A stretch of 64,000 nucleotides of DNA from an uncultured Flavobacteriales bacterium (lineage in GTDB: Bacteria; Bacteroidota; Bacteroidia; Palsa-965), in assembly GCA_937974275.1 (NCBI GenBank), contig CALJIF010000055.1, positions 23,290-87,289 of the forward strand, read 5' to 3'. This document shows positions 51,334 through 61,708 of this stretch, one piece after another. Position numbers and translations under genes: made by a program. The notes below the pieces were generated by a model. It did no database searches. It saw nothing but the letters and a program-made list of their open reading frames with translations, and was not told the DNA's origin. Numbering within the stretch: position 1 is the stretch's first letter; every line of letters begins with the position of its first letter.

Positions 51334-54300
51334 ATGAAAATTTTAAAACTTGTGTTGAGCATGTTCTGCCTGATGTGGGCAGCAACATCAAAAGGTCAAT
51401 CACCAACTTTTCGCTACAGCTATAACGTAGGGCTGTTCGATATTTCCGGAGGAATGGTGCAAACACCAACCGGAGGATTTACGGTTGCCGGTTTAAACAA
51501 CAGCATTGGTCCGTATTACGGCAATGTATTTAACATGAATGCGCAAGGTGCTATTCAGTGGTCGAATGCTTATACGGCGGGCTTCGCGAGTTCATTTAAT
51601 GACATTAAAAATGTAAGCACAGGAGGTTACATTGTTACGGGTCAATCGACGAGTTCAGGCGGTGGAGCAATATTACTGCGCCTTGATGCTGCCGGAAATA
51701 TCATTTGGGGATTTCGTTACCAATGTCCCGATTTCAATAGTTCGCGAACTTCCAATGAATACGGCAACGCTGTAATTGAAACCAGTGATGGAGGATTCGT
51801 TGTTGGCGGTGGTGTAGATTACTTCTGGGACGGAGTAAGTGGTAATACCGTTGATACTGCTTCTGCAATGGGTTTCAAAGTTAATAGCGCAGGCGTTTTG
51901 CAATGGAGTCGTGTTTGGACAATTTCTACCGCAAATCCTGATGAACATTATATCAATGACGTAGTTGAAACTGCCGATGGATATATTTTCGTTGGCCAAT
52001 CTTCTGAAGGAAGCGGAACGCTGAGCAGTAATGGTGATTATCCATCCAATGCACTCGTTGTTAAAACAGACAAAATCACAGGAAACCTCACCTATATACG
52101 AAGATGGGGAGCAGGTAATACTACTTCACAAGGCATCAGCTGTGCTACAACACTTTCAACAGGAAATGTTCTTTTAGGAGGATTTGATGATACTCACACA
52201 TTTGTAATATCCATATCAGGTACAGGTAGTGGAACGCCTTCTGTTATTTTCAACAGACGCATAAATGGTTCCATTTCTAACATTCATTTAATTACTGAGG
52301 TGATGGAAAATTCCGACGGTAATTATTCAATGTTAGGTACATGGATAAACATTAATCTTTTCCCTCCGGCTCAGAACTATTACACAGTGCTTGGCAAGAT
52401 TAATAGCACAACAACCAATTGGATGTTCGGTAGAGCTTATCAAACCATCAACGGTTTGGGTGGCATCTTGCCGGAAGGTGGATTAGCGAGCGATCAGGGA
52501 TATTATATGTCTTATACTGATCAACAATTTTCCGGCTTCAACTACAATGTTATTCGTACCGACGCAACAGGTCAAGTAGCGGCAACGCCGAGTGGATGTC
52601 CGGGCATTGCTTGGACACCGGGATTAAATACTATTGGAGTAACGTTCACTACTCCTACAAACGCTGTGTTTACACCATTTACCGGTTCTGCTGCAACCTT
52701 TGCTATTACGGCACAAACGGTTACGCCGGTGCAACATTGCTTAAATGTTCCTTCAGTTTTATCTGCCACTGCGACATCTACTAATGTCAACTGTTTCGGA
52801 CAATGCACAGGAACAGCCACCGCAACACCAAGCGGCGGAACACCGGGTTATACGTATTCCTGGGCACCAAGCGGAGGTAATGCCGCAACAGCAACCGGAT
52901 TATGTGCGGGAACTTACACTTGTACAATAACAGATGCAGCATCAGCAACAACAACAGTAAGTGTAAACATAACGCAACCTGCGTCTGCGGTATCGGCATC
53001 TATTCCAACGTCTACAAACGTGGCATGTAATGGTGGTTGTACGGGTTCTGCAACGGCTGCAGGAGCGGGTGGAACTCCGGGATATACCTACTCATGGGCA
53101 CCTAGCGGTGGTAATGCGGCGACAGCTTCTGCTCTTTGTGCAGGCGGTTATACCGTAACCGTTACTGATGCTAACGGTTGTACAACCACGCAAAGCATTA
53201 CAATTACCCAACCTCCAGCATTGTCAGGTAGCGCTACTTCTACTCCATCGGGGTGTGCTGCCACTACGGGCACAGCTACGGCTACACCAACCGGTGGCGT
53301 AGGTCCGTACACATACAATTGGTTACCTTCCGGTGGCACAGCTGCAACTGCAACCAACCTGGGACCGGGCTCTTACACATGTGTAATTACTGATGCAAAT
53401 GGTTGTACGTTTAATGCGATTACAACAGTTTCAACAACCAGTGGTCCTTCCGCTTCGCTGCAGAGTCAAAACGATGTTGATTGTAACGGCAATACGAACG
53501 GCAGTGCAACAGTTAACGTTACCGGTGGAAACCCGGGCTATACCTATTCGTGGGCACCTAGCGGAGGTAATGCAGCCACAGCGAGTGGCCTTGGAGCCGG
53601 AACCTACACGTGTACCATCACCGACCAATCGGGGTGTGTTACATCGCAAATTGTAACGATCACGCAACCAACTCCACTTGCAGCGTTGGGCAATAGTGCA
53701 TCCTCCGGTTGTACGAATACAGGTAGTGCATCCGTTACACCATCAGGAGGAAGTCCATCGTACTCCTATCTGTGGTCAACAGGCGGTACTAATTCATCAA
53801 TTTCTAATGTCGGTCCCGGAAACTACACCTGCGTTGTAACAGATGCCAACGGTTGCACAACCACGGCCAGCGTTACTGTAACCTTAGGTACACCGATAAC
53901 GGTTACCACAAGCGCCAGCTCCTCGACAATTTGTGATAACACAACGGCAACGCTCACGGCATCAGGTGCTACAACTTATACCTGGCAACCGGGAAATTTA
54001 ACCGGATCATCAATTACTATAAATCCATCCACAACTACCACGTACACGGTAATTGGAGTTACCGGCACAAATTGCGCTGACACTACAACTCAATTGATTA
54101 CGGTAAACCCTGCTCCGGGCTTAACGGTTGGTTCATTACCTACTACCATCTGTCAGGGAGATAGCGCTATCATTGGGGTAAGCGGCGCCGCAACATATTT
54201 ATGGCAACCGGGCAATCTTACTGATTCCGTGTTGGTGGTTTATCCGAATACGACAACTACTTACACTGTCATAGGAACAAATACCGCGGGATGTTCAGAT

Positions 54301-55698
54301 ACCACAACTGTAACCGTTACAGTTACAGGCCCACCAAATGTCACGGCTTCAGCGAGTACCACTACTACATGCGTTGGAAATCCTGTTACTCTGACAGCTT
54401 CAGGCGCATCAACGTACACTTGGAATCCGGGCAACCTGAGTGGTTCATCCATTTCCGTAACTCCAAGTTCAACCACAACGTACACGGTTGTTGGCGCGAA
54501 CGGATCCTGTTCGGATACGACTACAATCACCATCAACGTTGCACCGGGACCTGTTGTTAATATTACATCATCAAATGCATCTGTTTGTCCGGGCACATCC
54601 GTACAACTAACTGCGTCCGGTGCTGTAAGTTATGTTTGGTCAAGCGGGGGAACAACTGCGACTGAAACGGTAACACCTGCAACATCTCAAACGTATACAG
54701 TTACCGGCACGGATGCCAATGGTTGCACAGGTACAGCAACATTTTCGGTAACGGTGTTTCCTGCGCCTCAAGTAAATATTACAGGAAACAATTTGGTTTG
54801 CACAGGAAATTCAACAACACTTACGGCAACCGGTGCAACAAATTATGTTTGGAGTAATTCATCTGTTTCAACCTCTATTACTGTTACACCGACAACCACA
54901 ACTTCGTATTCGGTAATCGGAACAGATGCTAACGGATGCGTGGATACGGCAACTGTTACTGTTAGTACAACTGCACCACCTGTAGCCAATATTACAGGAG
55001 ACACCAGCATCTGTGCAGGTTCTTCAACTATTCTTACGGCAACAGGTGGAGGAACATATTCATGGAATACCGGCGGAACAAGTTCTTTGGAAACAGTTTC
55101 ACCAACCGCAACAACAACATATACAGTTGTCGTTTCAAATGGCGCTTGTACAGATACAGCAACTATTACAGTAAACGTATTGACAGGACCAACCGCTAAT
55201 GCAGGTTCCGATGTTACGATAAGCCTTGGCAACTCAACCACACTAAGCGGCACAGGAGGCGGAACATATTCCTGGAGTCCGAGCACAGGACTTAACAACA
55301 CCATAATGGCCAATCCGACAGCTTCACCAACAGTAACAACAACGTATACTTTAGTTGTTACCGATGCTAATGGATGTACTTCTATTGATTCAGTAACTGT
55401 TTTTGTGACATTGGAATGCGGGGAGTTGTTTGTACCGAATATCTTCTCTCCAAATGCTGATGGTCACAATGATGAATTCAAAGTTTACTATTCACCGTAC
55501 TGTTTTGCAACTTACCAGTTGATCATATTTGATCGATGGGGACAAGCGGTATTCGAATCCGTAACTCCGGGAGAAGCCTGGGACGGAACATTCAAAGGCA
55601 AGGAACTTAATTCGGCGGTATTTGCGTATATCTTAAAAGCAACGCTGATTAACGGAGAAGAAGTGGAGAAACACGGTAACGTAACATTGGTTAAATAA
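51334..55698 (+). CDS. SprB-repeat cell-surface adhesin with T9SS type B (gliding-motility) C-terminal domain
   Basis: Start at MKILKLVLSMFCLMWAATSKGQ. About five SprB-type repeats (C.G.CTG.ATA…GGTPGYTYSWAPSGGNAATA…G.YTCTITD.NGC), then about 8 Ig-like ~70-aa repeats. The CTD is LFVPNIFSPNADGHNDEFKVY…. Confidence 0.85.
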   Translation: MKILKLVLSMFCLMWAATSKGQSPTFRYSYNVGLFDISGGMVQTPTGGFTVAGLNNSIGPYYGNVFNMNAQGAIQWSNAYTAGFASSFNDIKNVSTGGYIVTGQSTSSGGGAILLRLDAAGNIIWGFRYQCPDFNSSRTSNEYGNAVIETSDGGFVVGGGVDYFWDGVSGNTVDTASAMGFKVNSAGVLQWSRVWTISTANPDEHYINDVVETADGYIFVGQSSEGSGTLSSNGDYPSNALVVKTDKITGNLTYIRRWGAGNTTSQGISCATTLSTGNVLLGGFDDTHTFVISISGTGSGTPSVIFNRRINGSISNIHLITEVMENSDGNYSMLGTWININLFPPAQNYYTVLGKINSTTTNWMFGRAYQTINGLGGILPEGGLASDQGYYMSYTDQQFSGFNYNVIRTDATGQVAATPSGCPGIAWTPGLNTIGVTFTTPTNAVFTPFTGSAATFAITAQTVTPVQHCLNVPSVLSATATSTNVNCFGQCTGTATATPSGGTPGYTYSWAPSGGNAATATGLCAGTYTCTITDAASATTTVSVNITQPASAVSASIPTSTNVACNGGCTGSATAAGAGGTPGYTYSWAPSGGNAATASALCAGGYTVTVTDANGCTTTQSITITQPPALSGSATSTPSGCAATTGTATATPTGGVGPYTYNWLPSGGTAATATNLGPGSYTCVITDANGCTFNAITTVSTTSGPSASLQSQNDVDCNGNTNGSATVNVTGGNPGYTYSWAPSGGNAATASGLGAGTYTCTITDQSGCVTSQIVTITQPTPLAALGNSASSGCTNTGSASVTPSGGSPSYSYLWSTGGTNSSISNVGPGNYTCVVTDANGCTTTASVTVTLGTPITVTTSASSSTICDNTTATLTASGATTYTWQPGNLTGSSITINPSTTTTYTVIGVTGTNCADTTTQLITVNPAPGLTVGSLPTTICQGDSAIIGVSGAATYLWQPGNLTDSVLVVYPNTTTTYTVIGTNTAGCSDTTTVTVTVTGPPNVTASASTTTTCVGNPVTLTASGASTYTWNPGNLSGSSISVTPSSTTTYTVVGANGSCSDTTTITINVAPGPVVNITSSNASVCPGTSVQLTASGAVSYVWSSGGTTATETVTPATSQTYTVTGTDANGCTGTATFSVTVFPAPQVNITGNNLVCTGNSTTLTATGATNYVWSNSSVSTSITVTPTTTTSYSVIGTDANGCVDTATVTVSTTAPPVANITGDTSICAGSSTILTATGGGTYSWNTGGTSSLETVSPTATTTYTVVVSNGACTDTATITVNVLTGPTANAGSDVTISLGNSTTLSGTGGGTYSWSPSTGLNNTIMANPTASPTVTTTYTLVVTDANGCTSIDSVTVFVTLECGELFVPNIFSPNADGHNDEFKVYYSPYCFATYQLIIFDRWGQAVFESVTPGEAWDGTFKGKELNSAVFAYILKATLINGEEVEKHGNVTLVK
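52780..53900 (+). repeat. tandem ~230-bp coding repeats (SprB-type repeat units) inside the adhesin gene
   Basis: Near-identical DNA segments tgggcacc(a/t)agcgg(a/t)ggtaatgc(c/g)gc(a/g)acagc at 52861, 53095 and 53551. The protein repeat unit is ~77 aa. Confidence 0.7.
53900..55330 (+). repeat. tandem ~200-bp coding repeats (Ig-like T..TYTW.PGN.. units) inside the adhesin gene
   Basis: About eight ~65-70-aa units sharing the TTYTWQPGNLTGSSITV.P..TTTYTV.G.. pattern. They have diverged at the DNA level. Confidence 0.6.
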
Positions 55699-55716
55699 TT
55701 AAACACTCTACCGATC

Positions 55717-56757
55717 ATGAAAAACTTAAAATATATAATCATCGTTGTTGCTGTGCATGCTATCACCATTGCAAAGACACAAGACATTCACCATTCCATG
55801 TTCAATGAAACTCCTGTTCTATTAAATCCATCACGAGCAGGTGTTCCATTTGAAACACGTGTCATCATGAATTATAAAAGCCAATGGGCATCTGTCGCAA
55901 CGCCATACAAAACGTTTGCTTTCAGTGGAGATATGGCCATGTTGAAAAAGAAAAACAAAAAATCATATCTGGGTGTTGGTCTAAACTTTTTCAATGACAA
56001 GGCCGGTGATGTGGGATTACACACTACACAAGCAAATTTATCCGTGGCCGGAATTCTTGCTCCTAACGACTATAACAGAATTTCAGCGGGTATCATGACA
56101 GGATTTGTTCAGCGTGGTGTGGGCGGTGGACAACAACAATGGGGCGAACAGTACATTGCGGGAACCTATGTACCGGCTGCTGCCAGCGGAGAACCCGGCG
56201 CATTGCAAAACCACACATTTCTTGACTTAGGTTTTGGAATGAACTGGTATTACGGCAAAGGGGAAAAATACATGACCGCGAATGATGGTGTTAAAATCAA
56301 TTTAGGTGCAGCAGTCTTTCATCCTCATCGACCTCAGTATTCATACTATCAATCGGGTGATGAGCGCTTGCACATGAAAGTTGTCGTGCACGGTTGGTCT
56401 TCAATTGGAACAGGCAATAGCAACTTGTGTATAGAACCTTCCTTCTTGTATTTACGTCAAGGGCCGTTGTCGGAGTTTACGCCGGGGGTTAATTTTAAAT
56501 ACATTGTATCGGAAGGATCCAAATATACAGGACGTAAAAAAGCATCGGCGTTCTCGTTAGGCGGATACCTGCGTGCGAAAGACGCGATTATTGCTACATC
56601 CATGTTTGAGTTCCAGAATTACGCTTGCGGGTTCAGCTACGACATCAATGTTTCCCGATTGAAAACTGTGAGTCAGTTACGCGGTGGTTTTGAAGTGTTT
56701 GTGCGTTTTGTATTGCCAAATCCATTTGGTGGGGCGGGAAGCAAATCAATGATATAA
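55717..56757 (+). CDS. type IX secretion system membrane protein PorP/SprF family
   Basis: Signal peptide and the N-terminal motif QDIHHSMFNETPVLLNPSRAG (PorP/SprF consensus QDxxFSQY…P..LNPA..G). Lies immediately after the type B CTD cargo gene. Confidence 0.8.
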   Translation: MKNLKYIIIVVAVHAITIAKTQDIHHSMFNETPVLLNPSRAGVPFETRVIMNYKSQWASVATPYKTFAFSGDMAMLKKKNKKSYLGVGLNFFNDKAGDVGLHTTQANLSVAGILAPNDYNRISAGIMTGFVQRGVGGGQQQWGEQYIAGTYVPAAASGEPGALQNHTFLDLGFGMNWYYGKGEKYMTANDGVKINLGAAVFHPHRPQYSYYQSGDERLHMKVVVHGWSSIGTGNSNLCIEPSFLYLRQGPLSEFTPGVNFKYIVSEGSKYTGRKKASAFSLGGYLRAKDAIIATSMFEFQNYACGFSYDINVSRLKTVSQLRGGFEVFVRFVLPNPFGGAGSKSMI

Positions 56758-56764
56758 GGAACTT

Positions 56765-58318
56765 GTGATGATGGGGAAGATTTTTCGTGCGACAATACTT
56801 CTGTTTGTTTTTGTTACTCGCTTATCAGGGCAAGAAGATTCTGTGAAGATCAGTATTTACAATTTGGGCAATCAAGTGAATTCTGAATTCAACGAATATT
56901 CTCCTGTCATTGCTGCAGATGGCAGTTTGATGTTGTTTGCCTCGCGAAAGCCATTTACAGAGAAAGAAAGAAAGAAAAACAAACAAAGCATGGAGATGAT
57001 CTACATGTCCACGTATAATACTTCAACGAAGTCTTGGCGTGAACCTGCAGTTGCTCCTGCACCCATCAATGCACCCGGAAGAAACAATGTCGTATTGGGA
57101 TTATCCAATGACGGGCAACGCATGATGATCTATCGCGACGATGAATCGGGCAACGGAAACATTTGGGAAAGTCGCTTGGAAGGGGTTACCTGGAGCGAAC
57201 CTGTTGCGTTGCCTGAGCCGGTTAACTCGGCATATCACGAATCTTCCGCTTCTCTAGCGCCTGATGGCAAAACCTTGTACTTCTGCAGTAACAGGCCGGG
57301 CGGTCTTGGTGGAAGAGACATCTGGATCAGCACGATGAATGCGGAAGGGAAATGGTCGGAGCCTATCAATGCAGGACCTTCTATAAACACGCCTGAAGAT
57401 GAAGAAGGTGTTTTTATGCATCCCGACGGAACAACGTTATATTTCAGTTCCAAAGGGCGCGGTGGACAAGGCGGCTACGATGTGTATCAATCGCACCGTG
57501 TGAAAGGCATGTGGACAACTGCTGAAAATTTGGGTAACATTATCAACACCAAAGGTGACGATATCTTTTTTCAATTGCGCGCAGACGGCACGAAAGCATA
57601 TTACAGTTCATCCGGTCATGGTTCGGGTAAAGGCGAAAAAGATATTTACGAAGTAGTTTTTACTCCTATTGAAAAGAAAAAAGAAACAGGACCACGACTG
57701 ACGTTATTAAAAGGAATATTGCTGGATTCGGCCAGCCGCAAGCCGATTGGAGGCAGAATAGATATTTACGATAACGAAAAAAACGAGTTGATTACCTCTG
57801 TCATGGCGAATAGCGCAACAGGTAATTTCCTCGTGTCGTTACCGGCAGGAAAAAATTATAATATTACAGCAACCAGCGCAGGCTATTTGTTTCACTCCGA
57901 AAACTTCAATATTCCCGACACAGCGCGATATCAAGAAGTATATAAAGAAATTGAACTTCAGAAATTAGAAGTAGGCAGCAAGGTAATTCTGAATAATATA
58001 TTCTTCGATTACAATAAAGCCACATTGCGACCTGAATCCTTTACGGAACTCAACAACTTATTGCAACTGCTTCGTCAGAATCCAAGTATGTCGATTGAAA
58101 TTTCCGGGCATACGGATAATCGTGGTACTGCAGAATACAACAAACGATTATCTGAAGCACGCGCAAAAGCAGTAGTTGATTATCTCATCGGACAAGGAAT
58201 TTCTGCTACGCGATTACGATATGCCGGTTATGGGTTTGATCAACCCATTGCACCAAATACCACAGAAGCGAACATGCAATTAAATCGCAGAGTGGAATTT
58301 AAAATATTAAGCAAGTAA
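56765..58318 (+). CDS. OmpA-family protein with TolB-like beta-propeller repeats
   Basis: Repeated (D/G)G…(L/A)YF.S.R…GG.D(I/V)(W/Y) blades and a C-terminal OmpA domain (…ISGHTDNRGTAEYNKRLSEARAKAV…NRRVEF). Confidence 0.85.
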   Translation: MMMGKIFRATILLFVFVTRLSGQEDSVKISIYNLGNQVNSEFNEYSPVIAADGSLMLFASRKPFTEKERKKNKQSMEMIYMSTYNTSTKSWREPAVAPAPINAPGRNNVVLGLSNDGQRMMIYRDDESGNGNIWESRLEGVTWSEPVALPEPVNSAYHESSASLAPDGKTLYFCSNRPGGLGGRDIWISTMNAEGKWSEPINAGPSINTPEDEEGVFMHPDGTTLYFSSKGRGGQGGYDVYQSHRVKGMWTTAENLGNIINTKGDDIFFQLRADGTKAYYSSSGHGSGKGEKDIYEVVFTPIEKKKETGPRLTLLKGILLDSASRKPIGGRIDIYDNEKNELITSVMANSATGNFLVSLPAGKNYNITATSAGYLFHSENFNIPDTARYQEVYKEIELQKLEVGSKVILNNIFFDYNKATLRPESFTELNNLLQLLRQNPSMSIEISGHTDNRGTAEYNKRLSEARAKAVVDYLIGQGISATRLRYAGYGFDQPIAPNTTEANMQLNRRVEFKILSK

Positions 58319-58321
58319 TAC

Positions 58322-59083
58322 CTACTCTACTTCCTTCTGCGCCTTCTTCTTTTCTGCTTTCTTACGCATACGCATGTTCAACAATTCCACCAGGAAGGCG
58401 AATGCCATGGAACTGTACACGTATTGTTTCGGAACTTCTACGTGGAATGATTCCATTACGAGTAAGATACCGATCATTAACAAGAATGCTAACGCTAACA
58501 TTTTTACTGTCGGATTCCGATTGATGAACTCGCTCACCGATTCGCTAAAAATGAGCATGATTACCATAGAGATAATCACCGCTGCAATCATGATAACCAC
58601 TTCATTCACGATACCTACAGCGGTAAGAATTGAATCGAACGAGAAAACGATATCAATAAATACAATCTGCATCACGATATTCATGATGGTTGGATATTTC
58701 CCTTTCTTTTCCTCCGGTGTATCATCTGCACCTTCCATCTTGTGGTGAATTTCAGAAGTCGTTTTTACCAACAGAAATATTCCTCCTGCTAACAAGATGA
58801 TATCACGTCCACTGAAATGAAAATCGAAAAACTCGATCAGCGGTTCTTTCAAACCAATAATCCACGTGATTGCAAACAACAACGCAACACGCATCAATAA
58901 CGCCAGAACGAGTCCTGTAAAACGAGCTTTCTTCTGTTCCTTTTTATGTTCCAGACGGGAAGCAATGATGGAAATGAAGATGATATTATCAATACCCAAT
59001 ACAATTTCTAAAACGGCCAAAGTCAATAAACTAATTAGTCCGTCAAGGGTAAAAAGGTGGTGAAATTGAGCTGCGAAATCCAT
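58322..59083 (-). CDS. TerC family integral membrane protein
   Basis: GIDNIIFIS…SFDSILTAVG…VMESFHVEVP motifs. Confidence 0.85.
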   Translation of the reverse strand: MDFAAQFHHLFTLDGLISLLTLAVLEIVLGIDNIIFISIIASRLEHKKEQKKARFTGLVLALLMRVALLFAITWIIGLKEPLIEFFDFHFSGRDIILLAGGIFLLVKTTSEIHHKMEGADDTPEEKKGKYPTIMNIVMQIVFIDIVFSFDSILTAVGIVNEVVIMIAAVIISMVIMLIFSESVSEFINRNPTVKMLALAFLLMIGILLVMESFHVEVPKQYVYSSMAFAFLVELLNMRMRKKAEKKKAQKEVE

Positions 59084-59196
59084 AGTTAGTTTAATTTGGA
59101 TGCAAAGGTAATGAGTATTTAAATCATCCCATAAAAATTAAAGTCACTGAAATACAGCTACTTGCAAATTTATTTAGTACCTTGTGTTGCATAGTA

Positions 59197-59235
59197 GTAA
59201 CATATGCATATATCTTTGCGTCATAAGGTTAAATG
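59197..59235 (+). promoter_or_regulatory. ECF-sigma-type promoter module copy A (GTAAC-N17-CGTC), overlapping a TAtcTTTG element
   Basis: GTAACATatgcatataTCTTTGCGTCATAAGGTTAAA. The same module with the same spacing recurs at 61565 and 62214. Confidence 0.4.
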
Positions 59236-59483
59236 TAAAACCAAGTAAATATGATCACAACATCGCTATTACTGCTTCAATTAACCGCTGCATCTCCGCA
59301 CTTGGAACAGTCGCCTCAAAAACTTTGGTCGTGGACCGGCTCTGAGCGACAAGTTTCTGTCGTGGTGGATAACAACAGTGGGTTTCGTGTCATTGGAATT
59401 CAATTATCCGGTTCTCGTATGACCACTCACCAACTGGTAATCCAATCCGGTAATTATCACATCAGCATTAATACTTCTCAACT

Positions 59484-59825
59484 ATGAGTATAGAAAACAC
59501 TAAAGCGCAGATGCGCAAAGGCGTGCTGGAATTTTGCATCCTCTCCATTCTTGCAGACGGTGATGCCTATCCGACAGAAATTATTGAGCGCATGAAACAG
59601 GCACAGTTGGTAGTTGTGGAAGGTACGTTGTACCCACTGTTAACACGACTCAAGAACATGGGCTTACTGGCGTATCGCTGGGAAGAAAGTACAGGCGGTC
59701 CACCTCGTAAGTACTATCGTCTGACAGAAACTGGAACCGAGTTCCTTCGGGAATTAGAAAACACCTGGGACGAGCTTGTTCAGTCGGTGAATACGGTTAC
59801 TAAACGCACTAATTCTAACGCTTAA
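59484..59825 (+). CDS. PadR family transcriptional regulator
   Basis: Winged HTH (GVLEFCILSILADGDAYPTEIIERMK…EGTLYPLLTRLKNMGLL…RKYYRLTETG). Confidence 0.85.
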   Translation: MSIENTKAQMRKGVLEFCILSILADGDAYPTEIIERMKQAQLVVVEGTLYPLLTRLKNMGLLAYRWEESTGGPPRKYYRLTETGTEFLRELENTWDELVQSVNTVTKRTNSNA

Positions 59826-59835
59826 TCTCCACGTC

Positions 59836-61524
59836 ATGAAAAAGACATTAACAATAAATATTAGCGGCATCGTTTTTCATATTGATGAAGATGCTTTTGA
59901 TAAACTGAAATATTATCTGGAAGCGCTGCGTATGCGTTTTAACCAGGAAGAAGGCCGTGACGAAATCATGACCGATATTGAATCGCGCATTGCCGAATTA
60001 TTAACGCAACGTAATGGTACTTCCAAACAAGTGGTTACCATCAGCGATGTTGATCATGTCATCAGCGTTATGGGCGAACCGCAGGAAATGGGCGGAGATG
60101 CAACCACGGAGCAGACCAATCATAACCGCGATTATAATACTGCGGATAATCGCAAATCGCGACGCCGATTTTTCCGTGACCCGGATGATGCTGTAGTAGG
60201 CGGTGTTTGTTCCGGATTGGGCCACTATTTTGACGTTGATCCGCTTTGGATTCGTTTAGGATTTGTGCTGATCTTCTTCGCATTCGGAACCGGATTTCTG
60301 TTCTATTTATTATTGATGATCATTATTCCTAAGGCAGAAACCACCGCGGACAAACTGGAAATGCGCGGAGAAGCAGCTGACGTGAATAATATTCACCGAA
60401 CGATTAAAGAAGAATTTGAGTCGTTTGGTGACAGAATGAAAAACTTCGGAAAAGATGCGGATCAATTCGGGCGCGACTTTAAGGGTAATGTAAGAAGAAG
60501 CGGTACTACCGCAGAACGTATCCTCGCCAACATATTCGAAGTAATGGGACGATTATTAGCTTTCGGGTTAGTCTTCATTGGTATTGCTTTACTGATCGGA
60601 TTACTGACATCCACATTCACGATAAACGAATTTGGTCCTGTGGAATTGGGCGATGGCATTGAGAGTTTCTTCCCGAACTCTACAGTTTATCATCTGGCAG
60701 TTACCGCATTCTTACTCAGCTTCGGCATTCCTATTTTGATGATGATTTATTGGGGAATTAAAATGATTTTCAGAATAAAAAATCGTCAGCGATTTGTTGG
60801 GATTACAGCCTTGGCATTATGGGTTACGGGCTTAGTACTTGGAGGATATGTCATCGCGAAAACAGCTTCGGATTACAAAGAAGAATCACGAGTTAAAGAA
60901 ATAATAGCGCTGGATCAACCACATGGCGACACATTGATTGTTGATGTTCAAATTGATCCTGAAATGATGAACGATGACTACGACAGTAACTGGAATAAAC
61001 GTCATCGTCTGGAGCGCCGCTGGAAAGGTTTACATTTTAAGGACAATCAACCCTATTTCGGTTATCCAGGCTTGAAGATAGTTCCATCAAACAGCGACAG
61101 TTTTGAATTGGTCATTTACCAATATGCTCGTGGTGAAAATGAGCGTGTGGCATTGCAACGTTCCAAGGAAATCAAATATCAAGTGACGTCTCAGGATTCT
61201 CTGCTGTTGCTAAGTTCTTATTTCACCATCGGAAGCGAGAAAAAATGGCGCGGACAACGCGTGATTGCTGAATTACGTGTTCCGAAAAATAAAGTTATAC
61301 ATCTGAGACCAAATACATCTGAAGTGTTGGATGACGTGGACAACCTCACAAACACCTACGATGAAGACATGGCGGATCGTCGCTGGAAAATGACCGAACG
61401 TGGCCTGGCTTGTATCGATTGTGCAGGTCTGGAAGCACGCGAAGGAACACGAGCAGCAGATTATCCTGCTCCAATTCCTCCAATTCCTCCGGTTCCTCCA
61501 ATTGAACCCAACAAAGACCGTTAA
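59836..61524 (+). CDS. PspC domain-containing membrane protein
   Basis: PspC motif (VVGGVCSGLGHYFDVDPLWIRLGFVLIFF) plus additional TM helices and a C-terminal extracytoplasmic domain. Sits directly downstream of padR. Confidence 0.8.
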   Translation: MKKTLTINISGIVFHIDEDAFDKLKYYLEALRMRFNQEEGRDEIMTDIESRIAELLTQRNGTSKQVVTISDVDHVISVMGEPQEMGGDATTEQTNHNRDYNTADNRKSRRRFFRDPDDAVVGGVCSGLGHYFDVDPLWIRLGFVLIFFAFGTGFLFYLLLMIIIPKAETTADKLEMRGEAADVNNIHRTIKEEFESFGDRMKNFGKDADQFGRDFKGNVRRSGTTAERILANIFEVMGRLLAFGLVFIGIALLIGLLTSTFTINEFGPVELGDGIESFFPNSTVYHLAVTAFLLSFGIPILMMIYWGIKMIFRIKNRQRFVGITALALWVTGLVLGGYVIAKTASDYKEESRVKEIIALDQPHGDTLIVDVQIDPEMMNDDYDSNWNKRHRLERRWKGLHFKDNQPYFGYPGLKIVPSNSDSFELVIYQYARGENERVALQRSKEIKYQVTSQDSLLLLSSYFTIGSEKKWRGQRVIAELRVPKNKVIHLRPNTSEVLDDVDNLTNTYDEDMADRRWKMTERGLACIDCAGLEAREGTRAADYPAPIPPIPPVPPIEPNKDR

Positions 61525-61564
61525 TCCTTTTAAAATAAACTTCATCAAAAAGTAACGCAAGGTT

Positions 61565-61600
61565 GTAACATTATCATTCACCTTTGCGTCATAGGTAAAC
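61565..61600 (+). promoter_or_regulatory. ECF-sigma-type promoter module copy B (GTAAC-N17-CGTC)
   Basis: GTAACATtatcattcaCCTTTGCGTCATAGGTAAAC. A 12-nt core CTTTGCGTCATA is identical to copy A. Confidence 0.4.
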
Positions 61601-61644
61601 AGAGCTGCTATTACAGGTTAGGTTTAAGTTCTGTTTCGTGCGAT

Positions 61645-61679
61645 GAAACCCGGGATCGCAGCCCCGGGTTTCTTTTTTT
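61645..61679 (+). terminator. intrinsic terminator/attenuator hairpin
   Basis: GAAACCCGGG-atcgcagc-CCCGGGTTTC followed by TTTTTTT. It lies between an ECF-type promoter module and the cupin gene start. Confidence 0.7.
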
Positions 61680-61708
61680 GTGCATTTTTGAAAAAAGAAA
61701 AAATTGGC

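Noticed and set aside
51195-51425. 76-aa ORF upstream of and overlapping the SprB-like gene start
   Set aside because: It contains the TAtaTTTG promoter element and overlaps the signal-peptide-encoding start of the adhesin. It is more likely 5' UTR.
61643-61708. N-terminal extension of the cupin ORF (MKPGIAAPGFFFCAF…)
   Set aside because: The extension is encoded by the GC-rich terminator hairpin plus its U-run. The conserved DUF985 N-terminus begins at the internal Met at 61709.
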